Virus record (IMG/VR): IMGVR_UViG_3300025888_000280
Location: 1-25,033 of that record
Reading direction: 5' to 3' (one strand)
Origin: a virus
Lineage: Duplodnaviria > Caudoviricetes
Length of the DNA: 25,033 nucleotides
Shown here: one piece after another, positions 10,431 to 19,869 of the stretch
Position numbering within the stretch: the first letter of the stretch is position 1
Layout of the letters: the number at the start of each line of letters is the position of its first letter
Notes under the pieces: generated by a model
The model's input: the letters and a program-made list of their open reading frames with translations, nothing else
Database searches by the model: none
What the model was told of the DNA's origin: nothing
Program-made: the position numbers and the translations under genes

Positions 10431-10921
10431 AATAGTGTTTTATTTATTTTTCTTGTTAAACGTTCAACAATTTTGTTGCAATCATTTGAAAAGTTTTCTT
10501 CAATGTTTTTTACCATAGGTGCAATTTGTCTATCAATTAAAGGTTCAATTTGATTTTTTGCTTTAATTTGACCTCTGTTTGCGCCTTTTTTTGTTGTTCT
10601 TATTTTTGTTCCTGCATCTTCCCACCTAATTAAAAATGGTACTCTCCCAACTAATCCCGTTTTTACACCTATTGATCCGTGTTTATGTATTATAGTACGT
10701 ACTCCTTTTAAAGGATATAGATAATATAATCTACCTTTATATTTATATTGTACAGCTGATGAAAAACTTGAATACAAAACTTTGATAGGTTTAACAATGT
10801 ATGTGTTTGCATTTGACCCTAAAACTGAAACAATTACTTTCTTTTCAATTTCTGCAGGTAAAACATCTATCATTTCCAGTGTTTCTTTAAGACCTTCAAC
10901 TTCATATTTAATTGTTTCCAT
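10427..10921 (-). CDS. Neck / tail completion protein (HK97 gp10-like)
   Basis: VEGLKETLEMI N-terminus and RWEDAGTK motif; ATG at 10921 preferred over the TTG start at 10933. Confidence 0.7.
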   Translation of the reverse strand: METIKYEVEGLKETLEMIDVLPAEIEKKVIVSVLGSNANTYIVKPIKVLYSSFSSAVQYKYKGRLYYLYPLKGVRTIIHKHGSIGVKTGLVGRVPFLIRWEDAGTKIRTTKKGANRGQIKAKNQIEPLIDRQIAPMVKNIEENFSNDCNKIVERLTRKINKTLL

Positions 10922-11234
10922 AATGATTCGCAATTATCTTTAGTATATGGCGTGGTTCTGTTTCAATCACTTCAATTATGTTATACCATTTTTCATCATA
11001 CAAAATTCTAAATGTATTATCAATTATTTTTGTATCAAGTGTCCATCTAATAGTGAATTCAGTTGTATACAGGTATTGTTCACCTATATTAATTGTCGAT
11101 ACACCTGAGCGAACATAAACACCGGCAAATATGTTACAATATTCCACATATCTAAGTTTCTCTGAAAGCATCGAGGTGATATCTGAAACACCCTGATAAA
11201 TACTAATTCGTTTATTTAATGGATATTTAAGCAT
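10908..11234 (-). CDS. Head closure / head-tail adaptor (SPP1 gp16-like)
   Basis: LNKRISI..TEFTIRW..RILYDEKWYNIIEV pattern; start moved to the ATG at 11234, just after the upstream stop. Confidence 0.82.
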   Translation of the reverse strand: MLKYPLNKRISIYQGVSDITSMLSEKLRYVEYCNIFAGVYVRSGVSTINIGEQYLYTTEFTIRWTLDTKIIDNTFRILYDEKWYNIIEVIETEPRHILKIIANHYGNN

Positions 11235-11238
11235 TTCA

Positions 11239-11754
11239 TTAAAGTAATTTGTATTGTTGGCATAAACTATCACATATATCATCATATATGTCTGTTTTAT
11301 CATACATTCCCAAAGCCTTAAATATGATTGCTTGTTTAATAGGTTGTGGAACATCACTATTGTTATTCCAACCTGTAGTAAAGTTAATAGCCAATAAATC
11401 TGTATCTAAAGTAGGGTCAAATGAAATAATAACATTATCATAACTCTTTGTAGTTGTATATGCTGTTACTAAAGTACTGGAATCATTATTTAATATACTT
11501 GTGATTGAATTATAATTACCTTGAGGGATAACTAATTCACTTCCAGTAAAATCTTTAAGAGTAATAATGTTACTTGTATATGCAATGTCCTGATTTATAA
11601 ATCCTTCTCTATCTCTTGTTGCAGATATTAATAAAGAATCGATATAATCGTTATCATCATTTTCATTTAAAAATAATGAAAACGTTCTTTTTATAAGTGC
11701 TTCATCACTTGCTAATGTAACTGGGTATGATATTTTTGTTTTTGTTATATACAT
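11239..11754 (-). CDS. Head-tail connector (HK97 gp6-like)
   Basis: PVTL..DDNDYIDSLLISA..FTTGW..VPQPIKQAI..MYD motifs; follows the capsid gene. Confidence 0.85.
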   Translation of the reverse strand: MYITKTKISYPVTLASDEALIKRTFSLFLNENDDNDYIDSLLISATRDREGFINQDIAYTSNIITLKDFTGSELVIPQGNYNSITSILNNDSSTLVTAYTTTKSYDNVIISFDPTLDTDLLAINFTTGWNNNSDVPQPIKQAIIFKALGMYDKTDIYDDICDSLCQQYKLL

Positions 11755-11783
11755 TTGAATGAATTATTTTAGTATATATTCAT

Positions 11784-11814
11784 AAAAAAAGAGAGAGCTT
11801 TAACTCTCTCTTTT
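11784..11814 (-). terminator. Intrinsic terminator after the capsid gene
   Basis: GAGAGAG/CTCTCTC stem (11791-11810) with a 7-T tail on the minus strand. Confidence 0.85.
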
Positions 11815-11837
11815 CAGAATATTTTAATTGACTAAAA

Positions 11838-12917
11838 TTATGCTATGCTACCGTCTCTGATTGCAAAAGCTCTTTTGTTTGTAACACCGTCATCAACCAT
11901 CATACGTGCTGTTAATACGATTTCACCTTCTGGTGCTTTTGTGAGATAATCAACTATTACTTCTATTCCGCCCCAAGTTCCAACTGCTACTCTAGAAAAG
12001 TCTCCAAAGATAATTTTGTTGGCTGCTAATTGTGGTGCGGAAAATGAAGGATAACCATTAAGTTCATTACCAACCCAAATTGCGGGTCCTGTAGTTGTTC
12101 CTAAAGCAATAGTTCTCTTTAAGTAACCTTTAATTGAAGGAGATGTTACGTAAGATGCTGGACGAATACTCAATCCACCTAATGATGCTTCTGCATTTAC
12201 AATATCTGCAAATGTTAAAGGAGCGCCAGTTGTAACGATTTGAGTTGCTGCATCAGTAAGAATGTTAGCAAAAACATCTTTTACAACTGCATTCCAAAGT
12301 CCATCAACAAGGTTCTGATAGATACCATTGTAAATTGCTGGGTTAGTTTGAACCAATGTTTCAGTCGTTATTGTTTGAGTATGTGTAAGACGTCTTGCTG
12401 CAAGTAACAAATCTTCAACGTTCATTGAAGCGTCTGCTCTAAAGGTTTCTCCTGGGAAAATTGCCATATCTTCTGCCATTGAAGGAACTACAAAGTTACC
12501 ATTTAATCCTGGGTAGAATGTTACTCCTAAAGAATGAAGGAATGCTTCACCGGGTGCTAAAACAATATCTACAGAATTAGCAACTGTTTTGTTGATAACA
12601 TCCGTGTTTGAAGTTGTCATTATTGGGTTTGCGCGGAATTCGAGTTTACCTCTACCATTTACTGCTTCGTTAAGGAAATCTCTGAAAGAAACTCCTAATG
12701 TTTTAGTTTCGTTTCTTGCTTCAACTGCAGGTACATCAACAGATTTTGATCTTTCTGCTTGTCTTTTTGCTGTTTCAATGTCAGCACCAAGTTTAGTATA
12801 TTCTTTTTCAAGATTTGTAACTTGAGTTCTGGTTTCATCAGTCATATCAACTGCTAAAATAGCGTCAATCTGAGATGTAATTCCAGTACGTTTTTCTATA
12901 AGTTCATTTAATTTCAT
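11838..12917 (-). CDS. Major capsid protein, HK97 fold with delta domain
   Basis: Coiled-coil N-terminus; ELNGYP..IIFGDFS..GGIEVIVD..AFA C-terminal motifs. Confidence 0.93.
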   Translation of the reverse strand: MKLNELIEKRTGITSQIDAILAVDMTDETRTQVTNLEKEYTKLGADIETAKRQAERSKSVDVPAVEARNETKTLGVSFRDFLNEAVNGRGKLEFRANPIMTTSNTDVINKTVANSVDIVLAPGEAFLHSLGVTFYPGLNGNFVVPSMAEDMAIFPGETFRADASMNVEDLLLAARRLTHTQTITTETLVQTNPAIYNGIYQNLVDGLWNAVVKDVFANILTDAATQIVTTGAPLTFADIVNAEASLGGLSIRPASYVTSPSIKGYLKRTIALGTTTGPAIWVGNELNGYPSFSAPQLAANKIIFGDFSRVAVGTWGGIEVIVDYLTKAPEGEIVLTARMMVDDGVTNKRAFAIRDGSIA

Positions 12918-12985
12918 ATTTGATTTGATTATTTTAAGTTTAGTTTATTATATGTTAGTATATATATCATTGAAAATTCGGAATT

Positions 12986-13681
12986 TTACTTTTTTCTTTC
13001 CCAATTTCTCTTCAAATAGATTCTTGTTATAAAGTCTTCATTAAGTTTCTTACGAGTCTTAACAGATTGTTCAGTTTCCTCAATCTTTTTGAGTTCTTCT
13101 GCTTTTCTTGTTTCTTCTGCAGTAATTTCTGCTTCCTTTTTTTCAATTTCATCAATTGAACGTGCAGCAACAGATGTGTTTGGATATGCAGGATGATTAA
13201 CGGTACTTACATCATAGAGACCATTAAGTTTAGAAACAGTTCTAAGGAATGTACCGTCAGTTCTTTTTTCCCATTTTTGTCCATCATTTCCAATATTAAA
13301 AGCGAATGAATTTGCTGATAAATCACCCCTTTGAACCAATACATATAAGTCATTAGCATATGAAACGTTAGGAACTTCTGCCCTGAACATTAACCCTTTA
13401 TCATCTACACTTAATTTTAATGAACCACTTGAAGTTCTTGCAACAAGTTTTTCATTATTATGATTGTAATTGTAAATAACATCAAGGTTGGGTGAGTTAA
13501 GAACTTCATCGAATGCAGTTCTTGTAAGCACTTCATTGAAAGTTTTTCCTTTTTCAGTAAGCAATCTGCTTTCTTGATTAAATAAAGCAGCATAACCAGT
13601 GATATAACGTTTGTTATCTTCTTCAATTGATCTGCAATCAATGCCATCAGCGACATTGAAATATCTAATTTCTTTTTCCAT
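12986..13681 (-). CDS. Prohead maturation protease (HK97 family)
   Basis: ITGYAALFN, YNHN, DDKGL, SFAF, YDVSTVNHPAYPNT motifs. Confidence 0.93.
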   Translation of the reverse strand: MEKEIRYFNVADGIDCRSIEEDNKRYITGYAALFNQESRLLTEKGKTFNEVLTRTAFDEVLNSPNLDVIYNYNHNNEKLVARTSSGSLKLSVDDKGLMFRAEVPNVSYANDLYVLVQRGDLSANSFAFNIGNDGQKWEKRTDGTFLRTVSKLNGLYDVSTVNHPAYPNTSVAARSIDEIEKKEAEITAEETRKAEELKKIEETEQSVKTRKKLNEDFITRIYLKRNWERKK

Positions 13682-13705
13682 TAGTTGATGTTATTTTAGT
13701 ATATA

Positions 13706-14980
13706 TTAAAGTTTTACACCAGTACTTGCGTCCTGAGTATTTGGTCCACTGTTCAAACTTTCCATTGTTGTCATCTGATTGAATAAATAATGAGAATCGC
13801 CACCTTCAATAAATGACATATTTTCAATCTCTCTAACTTCATTCATTGTCATTCCTGCAGTTTTTTGCAATGCTTCATATCTTCTCATTCTTTCTTCAGT
13901 TGATAATTCCAAAATTGCATTGGTGTTATATTTAATGCTCATTCCATTATCTATTTCATCAGTTGTTAAAAATTTCATTTCTAACTCTTGTCTATTTGAA
14001 TTTAATGTATGTGATATAGTACTTGATTTGAAATCGAGTTGAAGTGATTGAATATTAGAATTCTTTTGTGCCTGCATTATATTCAAATAATGAGGTGGAA
14101 TTTGATAATATGCTGCTATATTTAATGTCGCCTTTTCAATAGTTGCTAAATAAAGAGCATCATTTTGGTCATTTGTCAATTCCTGTATTTCACTATTTCC
14201 AGGCAATCTTGGAAATGCAACTATTTGGTCGAAATTACCCGTAACTCGAGTTTTATTTGAGTCTATATGTGTTCCTCCTGCTTCTTTTCTAAATTTATTA
14301 GCAGCATCTTCAAGTTTTGCAACATCACCAGATGTAACAGTTGTTTTAAGATATTTTGTAGTCTTAGCATCATTCTCATAATAGTTTGTAATAGTCTTAT
14401 TGGCTAAATACATTCTTTTAATTTCTTCACTTAATACATTATAAGGTTTTAAAGCAGTAATTCCATTATATGTATCTCTCTTAAAGTGTATAATTTCACT
14501 TGAATCAAATATTGATTTAGCTCCATTAGTTGCAAATCTGTACTTAAGATAACCATTTTCAAAAAAAGGCAATCCAACAACTAATGTAGATGGAACAAAT
14601 TCTAACTCTATTGCACCTGTTTCAGGATCTTTATGTATAATAGCAAATGATTCACCTTCTGTTTGCTTCACCTTTTCCATTGTATGCCAAAACGTATATC
14701 TATTTGTATATCCATTTGGATTATGATGTAACATATGATAACGAGGGTCACTCTTAACTACTTCATCAAATCCATCATTTACATCATTATATAAACCAAT
14801 TGGAATACTTGCAACAGTATTTGCGATTATAGTTGAACATATTTCTATTGCAGTATTGCACGTATATGTAGTTGGAAATACATTCAAAGGTCCGTTTGAC
14901 ATTTGTGTATATCCCACGTAATACATTGTAGGTTGGAATGATGGATTGAACCATCTCTTTACATTATCTGAAAAGCTCAT
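13706..14980 (-). CDS. Portal protein (HK97 family)
   Basis: IANTVASIP, PNGY, EIIHFK, IAAYYQIPPHYL, MTMNEVREIENM..IEGGD. Confidence 0.93.
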   Translation of the reverse strand: MSFSDNVKRWFNPSFQPTMYYVGYTQMSNGPLNVFPTTYTCNTAIEICSTIIANTVASIPIGLYNDVNDGFDEVVKSDPRYHMLHHNPNGYTNRYTFWHTMEKVKQTEGESFAIIHKDPETGAIELEFVPSTLVVGLPFFENGYLKYRFATNGAKSIFDSSEIIHFKRDTYNGITALKPYNVLSEEIKRMYLANKTITNYYENDAKTTKYLKTTVTSGDVAKLEDAANKFRKEAGGTHIDSNKTRVTGNFDQIVAFPRLPGNSEIQELTNDQNDALYLATIEKATLNIAAYYQIPPHYLNIMQAQKNSNIQSLQLDFKSSTISHTLNSNRQELEMKFLTTDEIDNGMSIKYNTNAILELSTEERMRRYEALQKTAGMTMNEVREIENMSFIEGGDSHYLFNQMTTMESLNSGPNTQDASTGVKL

Positions 14981-15023
14981 ATTTAAAGTTTATTTTACTT
15001 ATATATCTATATATTCAAGCTTT

Positions 15024-16751
15024 TTAGAACGCTTGTATATTCGGGTCATAATTTTTATGGAAAAATAGGGCCATAGCATTGTTTAGTGCAATTGCACCGT
15101 CTTGACTATCTCTACTTTCATTTCTGAATATCTTAAGATTACCATTAGCATCTGCACTTCGTATTCTTGCATTTTTCCAGTTCCAAGTCATAACTGGGTT
15201 GTCGCTATAAATAAGTTTGTCTGAAATTATGGCTACAAGTATCTTACTTAAAGGTTCTGCCATATATTTTGTCCACTGATTAACCTTATAATGTTCACCA
15301 CAATTAACATCTTCAATATATCGTCTGAATTCGTTCCATCCATAAGGGTCATAACCAATACCAACTATGTTATATTTATCTGATAATTCCTTAATTCTAT
15401 CAGCAATAAGTTTATAATCTATGTAAGCATCATTACATCGTGTAATATGTCCGTCCTTAATCCATTTAGTTAAGTTCTCTCCACCTTTACGTGTTAAGAA
15501 CTTTGATTCATTTCCAATCCAATAGTAAGGATATGCTTCCCACTTATCATCTTCTTCAGTATGAAATAGACATACCAAACTTGATAAGTCATTTGTTTTA
15601 CTTAAGTCTAATCCTAAATAACAATCTTGTCCCAACCATTTTTCTAAATCAACTTTTTGTCCCGCTCTAATACGATGTTCAACACTTAATACTTCTTCTT
15701 CATTATAATCAATGAATATATTCAAGTCTTTTGTTTTGAAGTCTGCCTTTGCCTTTGGCGAGAATTGAGCATCATTGTAAAAATCTTCCATACGTTTTAA
15801 TGGCTTCGTGTGCCCTAGAGATGGATTACATTTATGCCATAGGATATTATTACTTATATCTTCAGGGTCATCTCGTTTATCGAGACAAAACAGGAATGGC
15901 AAAAACTTATCATCTTTAATCTCACCCATTGCAACTTTCTTCGCTCTATCAACTAAGTCAACACAAAATCCATCTGTCTTAAAACCTGCCGTACTTATTA
16001 ACATTACTAATGAGTCTTTTCTTTTGGCGGCACTTTTCTGAGCATTACGGAAAACCATTTCATCTTTTAACAAGTGTATCTCATCTATGAATGCGAGCAC
16101 TAATTCAAGTCCGTCTATTTTCTTATCATCATTAGGAACTACTTTAATTCCACCCACATCATTAACAAACTTTATTGGTCTTTCACCTCTTTTGATATTG
16201 GAATCATAAGAGTTCAACATTACTGCACCATTATTGAAATGTAAGAATTGATGAAGTTCAGGACTGTGCATAACAGTTTTATGTAAATCCTGAATTACTT
16301 TTGCTCTATTTTCAACTGTGCTTATAATTATTGATTGAGGACTTATTTGTTTATATCCCAAAAGGAAATATAAAGAAAGTGCAACACCTAGTGTAGTTTT
16401 GCCATTTCCTCTTCCCATATACGTAAATGATTCAGAAAATCTTCGTTTGTTCGTGCCTCTGATATACATTCCGAATATCATTGCAACTAGATATGCTTGC
16501 CAAGGAAGTAACTCAAGTTGTTGATATCCCTTATCATCATACGCAATGTTAACTAATGACAGAAATCTAAATATACGGTCTACTTTTTTGGTCTTGATCT
16601 CATATTCAGGAGTATCTTTGAACCACTTAACTACACTTTTAATATAATCATTAACTATTATTGAGTCATTCTCAATACCGTCTCTATATTCATAGACTTT
16701 CTGCCAACAATCAAAAACATATTTATAAATATCTTCTGATTCCTTATTCAT
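15024..16751 (-). CDS. terL: Terminase large subunit
   Basis: LLPWQ; Walker A GRGNGKTT; Walker B FIDEIH; ISTAG; nuclease motifs GLDLS, YDPY, DGAIA. Confidence 0.95.
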   Translation of the reverse strand: MNKESEDIYKYVFDCWQKVYEYRDGIENDSIIVNDYIKSVVKWFKDTPEYEIKTKKVDRIFRFLSLVNIAYDDKGYQQLELLPWQAYLVAMIFGMYIRGTNKRRFSESFTYMGRGNGKTTLGVALSLYFLLGYKQISPQSIIISTVENRAKVIQDLHKTVMHSPELHQFLHFNNGAVMLNSYDSNIKRGERPIKFVNDVGGIKVVPNDDKKIDGLELVLAFIDEIHLLKDEMVFRNAQKSAAKRKDSLVMLISTAGFKTDGFCVDLVDRAKKVAMGEIKDDKFLPFLFCLDKRDDPEDISNNILWHKCNPSLGHTKPLKRMEDFYNDAQFSPKAKADFKTKDLNIFIDYNEEEVLSVEHRIRAGQKVDLEKWLGQDCYLGLDLSKTNDLSSLVCLFHTEEDDKWEAYPYYWIGNESKFLTRKGGENLTKWIKDGHITRCNDAYIDYKLIADRIKELSDKYNIVGIGYDPYGWNEFRRYIEDVNCGEHYKVNQWTKYMAEPLSKILVAIISDKLIYSDNPVMTWNWKNARIRSADANGNLKIFRNESRDSQDGAIALNNAMALFFHKNYDPNIQAF

Positions 16752-17103
16752 CTTTGATTTGATTCATTTGTTCAAGGAGTGAAAGGCCTGTATCAATCTT
16801 AGTTGTGACTTCAAGTTTCTTACCTTTCTTAGAAAGTCCTAAAAGTTCAAGGTCTGCACGTATTTGTTTTGAACAATCACCCATTACCGTAAATGCAAGA
16901 TTAAGAAAGTATCTTTCAGTGCCTGCAGGTCTAATCCCAGGAGTATCTGGTCCGGTAACTCTTCGTCTGTAACCCTCACTCTTAATATCTTTTTGAGTTT
17001 GCTTAAATATCTCGTAATAAGTTTCTATTCGTTCGATTGCTAAATCATCAGAAGTCGTGTAATCTGCGCCTAATGCTTCTATCAGTTTATCTCTTAATGT
17101 CAT
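16744..17103 (-). CDS. terS: Terminase small subunit (P27-like)
   Basis: 119-aa helical ORF overlapping the terL start; I..EG..N.AF..LGLS pattern. Confidence 0.75.
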   Translation of the reverse strand: MTLRDKLIEALGADYTTSDDLAIERIETYYEIFKQTQKDIKSEGYRRRVTGPDTPGIRPAGTERYFLNLAFTVMGDCSKQIRADLELLGLSKKGKKLEVTTKIDTGLSLLEQMNQIKDE

Positions 17104-17347
17104 TTTAGAATGGTTATTTAGAGTATATATCCATTAAAAAAATGAAAGGATTAAGGAATAGTCTCAAGTGTATACAGGGTTAAACATCAGGGAGTTCAGG
17201 GTTCAGTGACCAAAAATGCTATATGATGAACGAAAATATTAAGGTGATATCTTGGCTTAATGTTCGATAACATCGATAGATAGCCCCATTATATTTGCCT
17301 GTTTCATTCTTAGCTTTTAAGAATATATAAACAAACGACATACACTA

Positions 17348-17671
17348 ATGCGACTACTTAACCTCAACCAATACGATGATCGTCAACTCTTCTATCGTTC
17401 TAAAGAATGGAGAACTTTAAGACATATAAAGATAGGGTCGCAACCTTTATGTGAATATTGTTTGAAGAAGGATATACTAAAACCTGCAACAGAATGTCAT
17501 CACATCATCGACATATCAGACGTGCCTACAATTGAGAACGCACTCAATTACGACAACTTAATGTCGTTATGTAAAGAGTGTCACAGTCGCATTACTGCAC
17601 AAAAAAAGAGACCCGTTTGGAGTCCCTTTAATCTTAAAGAGTTCATATCTAAGAACTCACTAACAACTTAA
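17348..17671 (+). CDS. HNH endonuclease, packaging-associated (HK97 gp74-like)
   Basis: FYRSKEWRTLR..PLCEYC..ATECHHI..NLMSLCKECHSRIT. Confidence 0.92.
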   Translation: MRLLNLNQYDDRQLFYRSKEWRTLRHIKIGSQPLCEYCLKKDILKPATECHHIIDISDVPTIENALNYDNLMSLCKECHSRITAQKKRPVWSPFNLKEFISKNSLTT

Positions 17672-18110
17672 TATTCCTTTGTACTTCTTCATTACTATCA
17701 TTCTCTTTTGTAAGTTCTACATTATTATGATAGTTCCATACAGTTACATACACCTTATATTGTTTCAATCCTAATGCTTTCATTACTAATGTTGATATGT
17801 ATTGAATCATAACTGTGTCACTTGGTCTACCATTCGTCTTACATTGACTTCGCATTGTAACACAAACAATCAATTTATTCTTTACTATTTGAAATCCTAG
17901 TCCCATCATACAGGAGTTGTTTATATTGTTATTGACTGATATTGCTGCCTGCCTTGACTCCCTGAACTTATTTAAGGTATCAACTATTCTTGGTATTTGT
18001 GGTAGAATCCTGTCTTTATAGCAAGTCTCGTCTACACCGTAAGGTAAGAATAAGAATGAGTTGACTTCTTTGAAGGGTAGAGTGTAGTGATAATTTATAA
18101 GTGGGTTCAT
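17649..18110 (-). CDS. Minimal thymidylate synthase / dCMP hydroxymethylase-fold protein
   Basis: SRQA, Cys in NSCMMGLGFQ, KL...VTMRS, G.PSD and terminal YH, in the order found in the TS family. Confidence 0.7.
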   Translation of the reverse strand: MNPLINYHYTLPFKEVNSFLFLPYGVDETCYKDRILPQIPRIVDTLNKFRESRQAAISVNNNINNSCMMGLGFQIVKNKLIVCVTMRSQCKTNGRPSDTVMIQYISTLVMKALGLKQYKVYVTVWNYHNNVELTKENDSNEEVQRNIKLLVSS

Positions 18111-18367
18111 TGTTTGATATTACATTTAGCACTGCTTTCAATATAACCCCAAGAATTTGTTGTTTTACCTGTCCAATCATCTTCAATTTCTTTAATTTGT
18201 TTTTTTGTTTTATCGCATAGTTCTCTTGTGTCAACGCTATTTTCACCATTTACTTGTAAATTACAGGTGCACGTCCAACAATAAGGGGTTTCGTCTACTG
18301 GGTTAGTACAGTTAAACATTCCTAATAATAAGAATGAGATTAAGATAATTTTGATTTTTGTTTTCAT
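18107..18367 (-). CDS. Small Cys-rich lipoprotein
   Basis: Signal peptide MKTKIKIILISFLLLGMFN-C; CWTCTC and two further Cys. Confidence 0.7.
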   Translation of the reverse strand: MKTKIKIILISFLLLGMFNCTNPVDETPYCWTCTCNLQVNGENSVDTRELCDKTKKQIKEIEDDWTGKTTNSWGYIESSAKCNIKQ

Positions 18368-18543
18368 AGTTTTTAAATTTATTTTGGTTTTAGGTTTAAT
18401 ATAATCATTGTATTTGAATCGATAAAACGTTGATTGTTAATGTTTTGTTAAAGAAATGGCTTTGTTCAAAGTAGAGTCTCACGTTAATACTGAGTATAGC
18501 TTTGATGGCAAGTGTTACTACTAATAGGGTATATATAGAATAT

Positions 18544-19755
18544 TTAATAATTAAATTTATATTGAGTGAGCTTTAACTGTGTGAATTTCTCTTCTAACTG
18601 TGTGAGAATCTCGTTTCGAATATCCTCGACAAAGTATATACTATCGTGAACGGAAAGTGCTCCTTGATTTGAGAATTGATTTGTTATTGGAATGAATATG
18701 TCGCTTTCCTGTCTTTGTAATCTCTCACATAAAGTTGTCTTTTCATTTAGTAACATAGTGTATAATGTTGGAAATTCTTTTCTAAATATTGTTGTAAAAG
18801 GTGGTTCAGTTCCACCAAGTTTGAAAAGTAGTTTTAAGAATTCTGGTTTAGCGTGTAATTCTCTATCATTAATAAACTTTTTTACTTTAATGCTTTGATT
18901 TTTATCATAACACATATAGGATTCCTGACCAGATTCCTTCCATTTATTGAGAAACCAATTGTATATGTCATCTTCTACAACTATATTATAGAATCTATTA
19001 GCTTCATCTGTATTGTACTTAGAAAGCATATATGAAGCAAACAAGTATGGTTGAGATGACTTTAAGTCAATTGAAATAAGAGGTTTGTTATCAATAGTAC
19101 AAAATGAACGTAATTCTCTCTTCATTAGATTGAAATTCGTAAATACCCTGTTACTATGATCGCCTTTTATAGAAATAATACGTTTATCATTAAGGTCTAA
19201 TACATACCTGAAATAGATACGTAATTTATTTGATGATAAATTTTGTGAGTTAATCCAAGTTGTAGCTTTAATTGTATCAATTTTGAACCTATCACTTTTT
19301 AAAAGATTGTATTGAGGTAATAAGTAAAGATCAGTTGGAACTTCACGTTCTGAAATAATCTTCTCATATAGTTCATCTGATATTTCTTCTTGAACAATGA
19401 TGCTTTCTTGTTCACTAAGTAAGTATTCAAAATATGGTGAATAAAAATAATTACGACAAAGTCTTTTTTCCTTGTTGTATGATGTTGAAACAAGAATGTT
19501 TTTATCAATAAGAGTTTTGAGAATTATGTCTAATCTCCATTTTCTTTTTCCACTGACTGTAGTAAGTCCATATTTTATTCGTTCCTTATTGTTATTGATG
19601 TATGGCATCTCATCATTTTTAATGTAAGCCATATTTTCTTCAAGTTTTAAGAGAAACAATAGATAATGCTCTCTTGTAGTTGTTTTATCATAACTATCTG
19701 ATAAAAGTTCATCAAATAATTTGATTTGATTTTGGGTAAATGAAATTAGTTTCAT
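18544..19755 (-). CDS. Family-A polymerase-like protein (palm/fingers only) with possible N-terminal winged helix
   Basis: NRVFT..N..KRELR; motif A SIDLKSSQP; motif B R...K..L.LLF; LQRQES; motif C SVHDSI. Confidence 0.72.
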   Translation of the reverse strand: MKLISFTQNQIKLFDELLSDSYDKTTTREHYLLFLLKLEENMAYIKNDEMPYINNNKERIKYGLTTVSGKRKWRLDIILKTLIDKNILVSTSYNKEKRLCRNYFYSPYFEYLLSEQESIIVQEEISDELYEKIISEREVPTDLYLLPQYNLLKSDRFKIDTIKATTWINSQNLSSNKLRIYFRYVLDLNDKRIISIKGDHSNRVFTNFNLMKRELRSFCTIDNKPLISIDLKSSQPYLFASYMLSKYNTDEANRFYNIVVEDDIYNWFLNKWKESGQESYMCYDKNQSIKVKKFINDRELHAKPEFLKLLFKLGGTEPPFTTIFRKEFPTLYTMLLNEKTTLCERLQRQESDIFIPITNQFSNQGALSVHDSIYFVEDIRNEILTQLEEKFTQLKLTQYKFNY

Positions 19756-19757
19756 TG

Positions 19758-19869
19758 GTCACGGTATTATTTTATTTAAATAGCAAAAGAGGTTCAAGGA
19801 AACCGTGACGAAACCTATAGAACCTCTTTTCTATTTTGAAAAATATCTTTATAATCTTATTCACGGTTT
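19758..19869 (-). promoter_or_regulatory. Structured 5' leader (element A)
   Basis: Stem 19778-19795/19820-19836; loop complementary to 19861-19869 and 19758-19765. Confidence 0.7.

Noticed and set aside
11235-11357. N-terminal extension of the head-closure ORF
   Set aside because: Overlaps the connector gene by about 120 nt; the ATG at 11234 fits better
7387-18898. Short plus-strand ORFs at 7387, 9513, 11249, 12589, 15808 and 18692
   Set aside because: Antisense to well-supported genes, with no motifs or leaders
13417-19508. Nested minus-strand ORFs 13417-13656, 18016-18249 and 19299-19508
   Set aside because: Alternate frames inside real genes; 18016-18249 is not in a spanin context
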